From Candidatus Methanomethylicia archaeon (GTDB lineage Archaea > Thermoproteota > Methanomethylicia > Culexarchaeales > Culexarchaeaceae), in contig JAVYVS010000001.1 of the NCBI GenBank assembly GCA_038727515.1, positions 532,297 to 596,296 on the forward strand: a DNA stretch of 64,000 bases. The letters run 5' to 3'. Below the pieces are notes generated by a model that did not search any database, was not told the DNA's origin, and saw only the letters and a list, made by a program, of their open reading frames with translations. The stretch's first letter is position 1; every line of letters begins with the position of its first letter. This document shows, piece by piece, positions 20,459-29,733 of this stretch. Made by a program: the position numbers and the translations under genes.

Positions 20459-21613
20459 TCACCATTCAAATAATTCTACGTTAGCTCTTGGAACTATAAC
20501 TCTCCTACCATCTTGTAATTCTATTTCAACAATTCTCACTGGAGATTCTGTTTCAACAGGTTGAAGCTCCACTGGGAGATTTACAACTTTTGCCAATTGT
20601 CCAAAGTATGGAGCTCTAATAACTCTAACCTTAGTTCCAGGCTTCATTCCTCCAACATATATTTCAGATTCCAATGGAAGAGATAATGGATCTACATCAC
20701 TACGTGGAATAACTATTTCAGGTCTTATAACACCAGCTCTAATTTGTGTTGCACCATCAAAGCAAGCTAATTTACCTTCATTAGCTTTAAACATATTGAA
20801 AGTTCTAGAAGCCATAGGTATTTCACCAAATCCCTCTGTTATAATTACCGTCATAGAAATATCTTCCCTACCAGTAATTGCAACTCCTATCTCATAACCT
20901 AAGAAATCCTTAATATCCTTAAAATCAATTCCACCAACGACAATTCCAGCAGTACCAACTTCCATAGCTTTCTTAAGAACTTCAGCTGAAGCATATGAAC
21001 CTCCAACAACTAGTTTACCCTTCCACTTAGGTGAAACCATATCAACAGTCAATTTATCCTTTGGAGAGTCAACAGCAACAAACACTTCTCCATGTCTTTC
21101 ACCGCCAATACCGAAAATACCCTCAATAAATGTGGATGCACATTCTATAACTACACCTTCCTTTGGAATGATTTCAGTGACAATACCAGGTATGTATGCA
21201 TCAAGTTCAACTGGTATCGGAGGTTCTCTAACAATTATCTGACCAGTAACTTCTGAGATATGTTCAATATAACCATCTGTTGGAGATTTAACTTCAGATT
21301 TCAATAATCCAAAGAAGGCTCTATAACTTGCAATAATGTCACCTTTACTAACTTTATCTCCAATTTTCTTCTTTACATATAATGGTAATTCCTCAGGTTC
21401 AATACCTAAAATGGCAGCTGCACTAACAATATGTATGTCTCCAGGAAGACTTGTTCTAGCTACAACATCACTATAATTAACTTTATCACCCTTATTCACA
21501 AGAACTTCGCCTGGAAGAGGCAGTCTCCTAACTTTTCTAAATCTAAATAACTCAGAAATTCTAAGACCAGGGGTGTATGCATGTGCAGATTGAGAAACTT
21601 TCTCAGAGGACAT
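20459..21613 (-). CDS. Uncharacterised protein of GlmL-associated clusters (sandwich-barrel hybrid motifs and C-terminal KOW-like domain)
   Basis: AHAYTPGL N-terminus, GEVLVNKGDKV and KKIGDKVSKGDIIA barrel-hybrid motifs, GIFGIGGE, ITEGFG, TQIRAGVIRPE, GTKVRVIRAPYFG, VPRANVE. GGGGTGA SD; 13 bp downstream of the glmL-like gene. Confidence 0.75.
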   Translation of the reverse strand: MSSEKVSQSAHAYTPGLRISELFRFRKVRRLPLPGEVLVNKGDKVNYSDVVARTSLPGDIHIVSAAAILGIEPEELPLYVKKKIGDKVSKGDIIASYRAFFGLLKSEVKSPTDGYIEHISEVTGQIIVREPPIPVELDAYIPGIVTEIIPKEGVVIECASTFIEGIFGIGGERHGEVFVAVDSPKDKLTVDMVSPKWKGKLVVGGSYASAEVLKKAMEVGTAGIVVGGIDFKDIKDFLGYEIGVAITGREDISMTVIITEGFGEIPMASRTFNMFKANEGKLACFDGATQIRAGVIRPEIVIPRSDVDPLSLPLESEIYVGGMKPGTKVRVIRAPYFGQLAKVVNLPVELQPVETESPVRIVEIELQDGRRVIVPRANVELFEW

Positions 21614-21626
21614 ATTATTTCACCCC

Positions 21627-23486
21627 CTAAATTTTCTCTTTTTCTAAAATACTCTCTGGATAAGCATTTAAAGCTTTAAACCATTTAATCAATGCATTCC
21701 TACGTTGATTGAAATCTTCTGGGAGTTTTAGAGGTCTCCCTCTAGCATCAATAACTATTCCAGCAGCTCCACCCCAAACAGTAGCCTCCCTCTTCTTGCC
21801 TGGACCCATACCCACATCAAAATCTCCAGTGGGTTCTATAACTACATTAGCAGTTTCATCATCCTTTAGTGGTATTCTATCTATATCACCATAATTGACC
21901 ACTTTTTCCACAGTTCTTCCATCAGGCATAGTTGCAGTAACTTTAACAGCTGGACCGGTGGATTTTGAGTGTCCATCAAGAGCTATAACCGTACCAAGTT
22001 TAACTATACAATCTCTTTCAAAGATTTCCATAGCAGCCTTTGGATGAACAGTTGAGAGAACTCCTAGATGTGGCATCATGAATATACTATCACACATAAG
22101 TCTAGTAACACCTTTAGGTTGGAAGGCATCTATCAATATTAATGCAGCTTGTTGTCTACGTGGAGTATGGGATAGAAGACCTCCAGTACCACCAATTAAT
22201 TGTATATTCATCATATTAATGTATGTTTCAGTCTCCATAGATTGTTCAAATATATCTGCAATTGTCCTCTTCCTTTGAATTCCTCTTAAACCTCTAGCTA
22301 GAAGTTTATGATGTTCAAATCCAAGTCTAATAGCTTCACGTGCTACAGCATGTTCAACCATTAAATCATCTAATGTTTGAGGTAATGTAGTTGGTCTAAT
22401 CATCTTATTAGCCAACCTATTTCTAACCTCTCTTTCATCAATTTCAAATGGAATCCACCTCATAATATTGGTTACACCAGCTTCCTTCAAAACATTCGTA
22501 ATACTGTAACTCATACCAAGATTTGCACTAACAGTCCTAACAAATTTACCATCATATACGGAGTAAACATTAGTTGTAGCACCACCTAAACCCACACCCA
22601 AAACATTTATCTTCCACATTCTTGCAATAGTCCTAAACATCATACCTTCACCAGCAGGAGTTGGCATAACTGGAACCATAACCCATTCAGTCAATTTATG
22701 ATAACCAGGGGCATGAGCCATAACATGCTCCATAAACAATCTATGAATAGCATCTCTAGCAGGTTCAACAACTTCAACTTCTAAAACAGGTCTTAAATTC
22801 TCTACAATAGTTAGATCAAAAGTTTCCCCTAAAGTCTTTTTAATATGCTCTCTAGCATCCTTATTACCAGCATAAACAATTGGAAGCTTATATCCCAATC
22901 CAAATCTAGGTTTAGGTTCAGCAGCCTTTATAAGCTCAGCCATTTCAACAACATGTTTAATGGTTCCACCATCAGTTCCACCAGCTAATAGAATCATATC
23001 AGGCCTCAAGAAACGCATACGCTCAATCTTCTTATGTGGAGGTCTACCATCATCAATAGCCATAACATCCATAACTATTGCTCCAGCTCCAAGAGCAGCT
23101 CTCTCAGCACTTTCCGCAGTCATAGTTTTAACTACGCCTGCAACCATCATTTGCAATCCACCGCCAGCACTACTTGTTGAAACATACAAATCTACACCAA
23201 CATTGTTTCCCTGATATGGTATTATGAGCCCAGAGCCATCAGGTTTCAGTAGTTTGTGACCAGTTAATTCTTCAACTTCAGTTATAGCATTGCGTAAACC
23301 CATGGTAACATCTTCAAAAGGTTTTTCCACAGTGGTTGGAGCTTCACCAGCAACTATAAATCTCCAAACACCATCAACCTTTTTAAAGAGCCTAGCCTTT
23401 GTAGTCGTACTACCCACATCAGTTGCTAAAGCAACTTGCATACGTTCAACATCAAATTGAATAACTTTTTCACTCATCACACACAC
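21627..23486 (-). CDS. Glutamate mutase L (GlmL/MutL)-like ASKHA-fold ATPase
   Basis: TDVGSTTTK, EAPTTVE, SSAGGGL, TAESAERAALGAGA, PDMILLAGGTDGG, YAGN, MPTP, GGATTNV, RTVSANLG, IDARGRP. Confidence 0.85.
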   Translation of the reverse strand: MCVMSEKVIQFDVERMQVALATDVGSTTTKARLFKKVDGVWRFIVAGEAPTTVEKPFEDVTMGLRNAITEVEELTGHKLLKPDGSGLIIPYQGNNVGVDLYVSTSSAGGGLQMMVAGVVKTMTAESAERAALGAGAIVMDVMAIDDGRPPHKKIERMRFLRPDMILLAGGTDGGTIKHVVEMAELIKAAEPKPRFGLGYKLPIVYAGNKDAREHIKKTLGETFDLTIVENLRPVLEVEVVEPARDAIHRLFMEHVMAHAPGYHKLTEWVMVPVMPTPAGEGMMFRTIARMWKINVLGVGLGGATTNVYSVYDGKFVRTVSANLGMSYSITNVLKEAGVTNIMRWIPFEIDEREVRNRLANKMIRPTTLPQTLDDLMVEHAVAREAIRLGFEHHKLLARGLRGIQRKRTIADIFEQSMETETYINMMNIQLIGGTGGLLSHTPRRQQAALILIDAFQPKGVTRLMCDSIFMMPHLGVLSTVHPKAAMEIFERDCIVKLGTVIALDGHSKSTGPAVKVTATMPDGRTVEKVVNYGDIDRIPLKDDETANVVIEPTGDFDVGMGPGKKREATVWGGAAGIVIDARGRPLKLPEDFNQRRNALIKWFKALNAYPESILEKEKI

Positions 23487-23558
23487 CTAATTAACTTAAA
23501 CAACATTATAGTTATCAGCAATTTAAACTTTACCATTTAATCAACGGAATTTAATAAA

Positions 23559-24005
23559 TTATTTGCTTTTAACTTCAGAAGTTGATTCTACAGTTTCACT
23601 CTTAGTACTTGAGGTGCTGGAAAAACTTAATCTTATATATGTATTTTGAGCACACTCATTAATATTAGATCTCAACAATAGTATTTTAATAGTCCAAACT
23701 ACAGCTATACCAGTACTAAGTATTATCAGATTAAACTCTAATAGTGGTAATATGACGATTAATGCAAATAATAATGCAGAAACACTTAATCTATAACCAA
23801 ATCTTAAAAAGTCAACTTCATCTATAACATATATTTTCGCTTCACCAAAAATATCGCTATATATTAAATCGCAACCCCTCTCCTTAGAGATTTTTGTGTT
23901 AAGCCCTCTACGCCTCATTTCTTCAGCAAAACTCTTAAGAAATTCACTTCTCATACCGCCAATTTCTGGAAAAAGTCTTTCATTAATAGATATGCTAACC
24001 GACAT
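23559..24005 (-). CDS. Hypothetical membrane protein (two TM helices)
   Basis: 148-aa ORF with a central hydrophobic hairpin and a Ser/Thr-rich tail; co-oriented with its neighbours. Confidence 0.6.
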   Translation of the reverse strand: MSVSISINERLFPEIGGMRSEFLKSFAEEMRRRGLNTKISKERGCDLIYSDIFGEAKIYVIDEVDFLRFGYRLSVSALLFALIVILPLLEFNLIILSTGIAVVWTIKILLLRSNINECAQNTYIRLSFSSTSSTKSETVESTSEVKSK

Positions 24006-24058
24006 TTAAATCCAAATAGTTTAAAGAATAAAGGATATAATAACGTTTGTGGTTTAAA

Positions 24059-25873
24059 TTACGTTCTAGAAACTTCAAAATTAATATTTAAACCAGAATC
24101 CAAAGCATTCTTTAAATATTTACCAACATCACTGGATAAATTAAAAACAAGTCTAGCTCTCTTATCACATCTATAAGACCCAAAATACTTTCCATCAATA
24201 TATAAATTCACGTTTAACTTAGCATATTCACGATCAAAATAGAATATTAAACTACGTTTAGTCTCCCTATAAGAATAATCAATCTTAGAAGATTCAGTAA
24301 ATTCATCCCTCGCTTGAATCTTAATCCTAACATTAAACTTTCTTTCAAGTTCACTTATAATATTACCATTTCTACCAATTATATGTGGAATAACATTCTT
24401 CTTAACTTTAACAATAACAAAATTATCAGATAAAACCTCCAATTCAGCATTAGAATCAAATCTTCTAATGAATTTCATTAAATCTTTAAAATCCCTTTCA
24501 GATCTTTTAACCTCAAGATCACGTTTAACTGGGAATATGACCGTCTCCTCACCAAAAGTATAGATTTCATATTCAACTTCATTAGTCTCAAAATCCCTAA
24601 CTTCAACAACAGGTCTAGCTAAATCTTCATCCATCATACCATGAGGAACTTTAACCACCAAATCTAATACGTAAACCTTCTTAATTAAACCATCTTTAAT
24701 AAATATGACAGTATCAATAACTTGAGGGATGACGCCAAGATCAATTCTACCAATAAATCTATGTATGGCATCTACGGGAGAAGAAGAATGTACAACACCA
24801 ATCATACCGACACCAGCAAGTCTCATATCAACAAAAACCTGGAAATCTTCAGTTTTCCTCAATTCATCAAAAACAGTGTAATCAGGTCGAACAAGCAATA
24901 GTATTTCAGCAGTTTTATAAAACTCTCCTTCCAAAGGAGCGTATTGCGTAATTTCATCTCTAACCTGAAGATCCCTTGGAGCCTCCATAGTCTTCACTAT
25001 AGCATTCTTACTAGTACGGTAAAATTCAGCTAGAGCAGAGGCAAATGTGGATTTACCAGCACCTGGAGGGCCACAGATAAGTATACCCTCAGCTCTTTCA
25101 GCAAGCCTCCTCTTCAATTTATCTGATAAAGCATAATCATCAATAGAAACTTTAACTATAGGTCTAACGGCAGTAATCTCTAAACCATCGGAAAATGGTG
25201 GTCTAGCTATAGCAATCCTATATTCACCTAGTTGAATAACCATGGCACCACGTCTAACAATCTCTATGAAGGCATTACCATCAGAGTGGCAACGCTTTAA
25301 AATATCTCTAATTATATATTCAAGTTCAGCTCTACTACAAGGTTCTTCTCTAATTTTAACAAGCTCCCATCTACCAGGTTTACCACGTTTAGCATAAGGT
25401 GGAACACCCTCCTTCAAATGGATACTCATAGTATCACTAGTAAAAAAGTTTTCAAGTTTAATATGAGCATAACTTTCCTCAGCACCAATAAATCTAACTT
25501 TAATCCCCTCAGCTTCAGAAACAAGAGATTGAACATAATCCATAGTATATAGGGTAGCATCATAATCTTTAGCTACATTTCTAATTAGAGCATCAATCCT
25601 ACCCATCTCAGCCATCTTAATATCATCAACAGAAGCAATTTCACCAACAAACTTTATAATAATATTTCTATCAGTACAAAGCTTCCTCAACCTAATTAGT
25701 TCATCTAAACCCTTAAAACCACGTTCACTACCACTAGAAGCTTGTGCTTGCAATTCATCTAAAACAACCCTTGGAACTATAATTTCCAAATCCCTTAAAT
25801 CTTCATCTAAAATAATTTTCGAAAGTTTACCTTCCACTAGAATACTAGTATCCGGAACTATCCTATTTACCAT
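24059..25873 (-). CDS. PINA ATPase (PIN domain + VirB11-like ATPase + KH domain)
   Basis: IVPDTSI (PIN), GPPGAGKST, LLVRPDYTVFDELR, DMRLAGVGMIGVVH, KH motif IIGRNG. Start moved to the ATG at 25873 after an AGGTG SD. Confidence 0.9.
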   Translation of the reverse strand: MVNRIVPDTSILVEGKLSKIILDEDLRDLEIIVPRVVLDELQAQASSGSERGFKGLDELIRLRKLCTDRNIIIKFVGEIASVDDIKMAEMGRIDALIRNVAKDYDATLYTMDYVQSLVSEAEGIKVRFIGAEESYAHIKLENFFTSDTMSIHLKEGVPPYAKRGKPGRWELVKIREEPCSRAELEYIIRDILKRCHSDGNAFIEIVRRGAMVIQLGEYRIAIARPPFSDGLEITAVRPIVKVSIDDYALSDKLKRRLAERAEGILICGPPGAGKSTFASALAEFYRTSKNAIVKTMEAPRDLQVRDEITQYAPLEGEFYKTAEILLLVRPDYTVFDELRKTEDFQVFVDMRLAGVGMIGVVHSSSPVDAIHRFIGRIDLGVIPQVIDTVIFIKDGLIKKVYVLDLVVKVPHGMMDEDLARPVVEVRDFETNEVEYEIYTFGEETVIFPVKRDLEVKRSERDFKDLMKFIRRFDSNAELEVLSDNFVIVKVKKNVIPHIIGRNGNIISELERKFNVRIKIQARDEFTESSKIDYSYRETKRSLIFYFDREYAKLNVNLYIDGKYFGSYRCDKRARLVFNLSSDVGKYLKNALDSGLNINFEVSRT

Positions 25874-25922
25874 AACATTCAAGCACCTTAAAGAAGAAGA
25901 TGATACTATCAAACTAATAAAT

Positions 25923-26615
25923 TTATACCCTTGAAATACTAATCATCCTTATAACATCAGCAGTATCTTCAGCTTTATCAGCAGCAGCCTCAATATTTTC
26001 AACAGCTTCTTTAATCATAAGCCATCTACTAATCTTAGGATAAGTTTCACCCCATTCTAATATCAACATTATCAATTCAACTCTACGCTCATCTATTTCC
26101 TCCTCTAACCTCTCAACTTCTTCAGCTACATCAATAGCTTTAATTGGATTTTCAATAAGAGTATTAAAGGCATCCCTAAGCTTCAATGTTATATTATACG
26201 ATAAATCAGCAAGCAGTTTTAAACCATCAACAATCCCTTTAGGAAGCAATACACCTTTAGCCATGGAAAGCTTTCTACCAGCAGATTTAGCATTTGAAGC
26301 AATGTCATCAGCAGTTAAAATTAAATTCATAATTTCCTCTTTATCAGAAGGATGAAATGGACCTTTAGAAAGTTCATTGAGAATCTTCTCTTTAACATCA
26401 TCAGCATCCCTCTCCCTTTGAAAAACAATCTTAAAGACATTGTCAACTTTATTAAAATCATTATCACAAAATGCATAAATAAGATCTCTTAAAGCTGAAA
26501 CAGTTGATAAAATACATTCTATATGAACTCTAACAATATTTAAAATTTCCAATTCACGCTTCCTACCAAACCATAGAGCAGGATATGTTGGTTTAAAGTC
26601 CAAATAATCCACCAC
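25923..26615 (-). CDS. DUF47/PhoU-like phosphate transport regulator
   Basis: ERDADDVK, LILTADDIA, ERLEEEID, ENIEAAADKAED; adjacent to a Pit transporter gene. Confidence 0.85.
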   Translation of the reverse strand: MVDYLDFKPTYPALWFGRKRELEILNIVRVHIECILSTVSALRDLIYAFCDNDFNKVDNVFKIVFQRERDADDVKEKILNELSKGPFHPSDKEEIMNLILTADDIASNAKSAGRKLSMAKGVLLPKGIVDGLKLLADLSYNITLKLRDAFNTLIENPIKAIDVAEEVERLEEEIDERRVELIMLILEWGETYPKISRWLMIKEAVENIEAAADKAEDTADVIRMISISRV

Positions 26616-26708
26616 TTAAATAAAATACAACTAAATCATAATATAAGGATTTTCATTAAAAACGAAAAATCTTTAAACAATACCTATCGAAATAAATGAG
26701 AAATATCA

Positions 26709-27761
26709 GTGATTAATGAGGCGGGTGTATTGATTGATACAGTAATGATACTATTGACCATTGGATTACTATTATCATTCCTCCTCTCATTAAGTCTCGG
26801 TGCAAATGATGCTGCAACACCAACAGATTGCGCTGTAGGAGCAGGAGTAATATCAATTAAAAGGGCTCTATTCTTATTTGCAATATTCACATTTATAGGA
26901 GCAGTGACTCAAGGATTCATGGTAATTAAAACTATAGGTAAAGGTATAGTTAATGAAATAGATATTGTAGGTGCAATATCAATATCAATTGCAACATCTA
27001 TATGGGTATTATACTGCTCATATAAGGGTTTAGATGTTTCAGTAACACATAGCAGTATTGGAAGTGTAACTGGATACGGCTTAATAGCCTATGGATTTTC
27101 AGGATTAAATTATGATGTTATCAAAAATGTAGTTATAAGTTGGGTAACATCACCAATATGCGCAATATCACTATCATATACTCTATATAAGTTAACCATG
27201 AAAATCCTAATGAATAAACCTTGGACATATAGATTGGAGAAAGTAATATCATACGGATTAATATTCTCATTATGCTTCTCAGCATACTCCTTTGGAGCAA
27301 ATGATGTTGGAAATGCTACAGGAGCATATGTAACAGTAGCTACGAAAATTGGTAAAATTCCAGATTATAATACAATGTTATTCTTGTCAATTTTAGGAGC
27401 TACAGGTATAGCTATTGGAGGATTATTCTGGGGGAGAAGAGTTATAGAGACTGTGGCATTTAAAATAACTAGAATTGATGCAATTATGGGTATGATAGCT
27501 GAATTAAGTAATGCATTGGTGGTATATTTATTCACAACAATACCATACATGATATTTGGATTTGGAATGCCAATATCCACATCAATAGCAAGCAATTCAT
27601 CAATAATAGGAGTAGGATTAGCAAAAGATTACAAAGCAGTAAATTACAGGACTATTTTAAAATTAGTAATAGGGTGGTTATCAACACTCCCAATGACAAT
27701 GCTAATAACTGCCATAGTATACATAACTTTAAAAACAATTATTATGGTGCCTCAAATATGA
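26709..27761 (+). CDS. Inorganic phosphate transporter (PiT family)
   Basis: Two GAND motifs (GANDAA, GANDVGN), VSVTHS, MPISTS. Confidence 0.92.
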   Translation: MINEAGVLIDTVMILLTIGLLLSFLLSLSLGANDAATPTDCAVGAGVISIKRALFLFAIFTFIGAVTQGFMVIKTIGKGIVNEIDIVGAISISIATSIWVLYCSYKGLDVSVTHSSIGSVTGYGLIAYGFSGLNYDVIKNVVISWVTSPICAISLSYTLYKLTMKILMNKPWTYRLEKVISYGLIFSLCFSAYSFGANDVGNATGAYVTVATKIGKIPDYNTMLFLSILGATGIAIGGLFWGRRVIETVAFKITRIDAIMGMIAELSNALVVYLFTTIPYMIFGFGMPISTSIASNSSIIGVGLAKDYKAVNYRTILKLVIGWLSTLPMTMLITAIVYITLKTIIMVPQI

Positions 27762-28399
27762 AGAGAATAGTAATTCTTGGACCCCCTGGTTCTGGTAAGG
27801 GGACGCAAGCAAAATTAATCTCTGAAAAATATGGAGTACCACATATATCAACTGGAGATGTATTAAGGGAAAACATATCTAAAAAAACAAAAATTGGGGA
27901 GATCGTTAGGGAATATATAGAGAGAGGAGAATTAGTTCCAGATGAAATAATAATTAAAATAACGATAGATAAGCTAATTGAAGCAGTAAACGTTAGTGGA
28001 GGATACATATTGGATGGATATCCAAGAACTATACCTCAAGCAGAAGCATTAGAGAAATCAATTATAAAACCAGAAATAGTAATAGATATAAAACTTAGTG
28101 AAGATGAATGCGTTAGAAGATTAACAAATAGAAGATACTGCCCCAATTGTGGAGAAGTATATAATATGTTACTTAAACCACCAAGAGAAAACGAGAAATG
28201 CGATAAATGTAATGTGAAACTTTTACAGAGGGAAGATGATAGAGAAGATGTTATAAGAAGGAGATTTAAAGAATATTACAATAAAACGAAGCCAGTAATG
28301 GATTATTATAGAAGTATTGGAAAATTAGTTGAAGTTGATGGTGGTGGAAGTATAGAAGAAATTCATAAAAGAATATTGGAGATATTAAAGTTTACTTAA
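27758..28399 (+). CDS. adk: Adenylate kinase, bacterial type with Zn-binding LID
   Basis: GPPGSGKGTQA, HISTGD, GELVPD, LDGYPRT, CPNC..CDKC LID, QREDD. The true start ATG at 27758 overlaps the pit stop (ATGA). Confidence 0.93.
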   Translation: MKRIVILGPPGSGKGTQAKLISEKYGVPHISTGDVLRENISKKTKIGEIVREYIERGELVPDEIIIKITIDKLIEAVNVSGGYILDGYPRTIPQAEALEKSIIKPEIVIDIKLSEDECVRRLTNRRYCPNCGEVYNMLLKPPRENEKCDKCNVKLLQREDDREDVIRRRFKEYYNKTKPVMDYYRSIGKLVEVDGGGSIEEIHKRILEILKFT

Positions 28400-29620
28400 T
28401 ACTTCATCAATATCAATTGAAACTTCAATTGGTTTTTCAACTACACTTAAAGTTGTTGAAACATCCTTTAAACCAAAACCAGATATTACACATACAATTA
28501 AGTCATTGGCATCAATAACATCAAATTCTCTAAGTTTCTTAACTAAAGCTAATGGAGCTGCAGCTGCAGGTTCAGCATATATACCCTCAAATTTAGCAAT
28601 AGCCTTATATGCCTCTATAATCTCATCATCAGATACAGCTTCAACAATACCATTACACTCCTTCAAAGCTCTATAAAGTAGAGGCCAACCAGCAGGATTT
28701 CCAACAGCAATAGCACTAGCAATAGTTTTAGGTTCTTTAACTACTTCAATAACTTCACTATTAGCTTTAAAAGCTTTAACCATAGGTGCACATCCTTCAG
28801 CTTGAACACATGCCATTCTAGGCATACCATTAATCCAATCAAAATCAACCATTTCTTTAAATCCCTTAAAAGCACCTATAGCAGCTGTCCCCATACCAAC
28901 AGATTGAATATACCAATCTGGAGCCTTCCATCCAAGTTGCTCACAAATTTCATATGCAAGAGTCTTTTTACCCTCCTGTCTAATGGGATTAATAACTCCA
29001 CCATTATATATCCAACCAAGCTTTTCAGCAACAATCCTAGCAATCCTACTAGCATCATCAAAAGTTCCATTCACAAGGAAAACTCTACTACCATAAATCA
29101 TTATTGAAGCAATCTTCTCCCTAGAAGCATATTTAGGTGCAAAAACTATACTTTCAATATTAGCCAAAGCACAATATGCAGCTTGAGCTACACCAGCATT
29201 CCCCGTTGAGAAACCAACCATACCAGGAGCTTTCAATTCAAGCGCTCTACTAACAGCTGCAGAAGAACCCCTATCCTTAAATGATCCAGTGGGATTAAGA
29301 TACTCAAGCTTTAAAAATAGATTCTTTAAACCAAGAATAGATCCTAAACGCCTACTCCTAATAAGTGGAGTCCAACCTTCACCCATACTAACAATACAAG
29401 AATAATTTTCAATAGGAATAAATTCCCTATAACGCCACATATTAAAATCTCTAATGGAAATTTTAGCTTTACTAACAATAGACTTAATATAATCATAATT
29501 TAATTGAAATTCAAGTATAGAACCACAATTTAAACAAAAATTAATGTTTAAATAGGGATCAAATTCAGAGCCGCATTTAACGCATTTCAATGATTTAATT
29601 TTGCTAACCATAACCACCAC
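28385..29620 (-). CDS. thrC: Threonine synthase (fold-type II PLP enzyme) with N-terminal Zn ribbon
   Basis: CVKC..CLNC, MWRY, GEGWTP, NPTGSFKDRG, STGN, EGKKT, EPAAA, SGFGLK. Confidence 0.8.
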   Translation of the reverse strand: MVVMVSKIKSLKCVKCGSEFDPYLNINFCLNCGSILEFQLNYDYIKSIVSKAKISIRDFNMWRYREFIPIENYSCIVSMGEGWTPLIRSRRLGSILGLKNLFLKLEYLNPTGSFKDRGSSAAVSRALELKAPGMVGFSTGNAGVAQAAYCALANIESIVFAPKYASREKIASIMIYGSRVFLVNGTFDDASRIARIVAEKLGWIYNGGVINPIRQEGKKTLAYEICEQLGWKAPDWYIQSVGMGTAAIGAFKGFKEMVDFDWINGMPRMACVQAEGCAPMVKAFKANSEVIEVVKEPKTIASAIAVGNPAGWPLLYRALKECNGIVEAVSDDEIIEAYKAIAKFEGIYAEPAAAAPLALVKKLREFDVIDANDLIVCVISGFGLKDVSTTLSVVEKPIEVSIDIDEVLSKL

Positions 29621-29733
29621 TAAAAAATATGCATAGAACTAAATAATAATAGTGGAAAATATATTTAAACAGTTATTTCAAGATCTCCAAAACGTTAAAA
29701 AAGTAGTTTTAGAATAATGGTTTATGGGTATAA

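Noticed and set aside
20459-21613. GlmL partner as the biotin-acceptor substrate of the nearby BirA
   Set aside because: The barrel-hybrid motifs lack the (E)AMKM biotinylation or lipoylation lysine context.
21627-23486. Calling this DNA mismatch-repair MutL
   Set aside because: Name clash only. The motifs are ASKHA/GlmL-type, not GHKL ATPase.
27674-27757. 28-aa N-terminal extension of adenylate kinase in the ORF track
   Set aside because: It overlaps the pit coding region. The ATG at 27758 gives a canonical Adk N-terminus with ATGA coupling.
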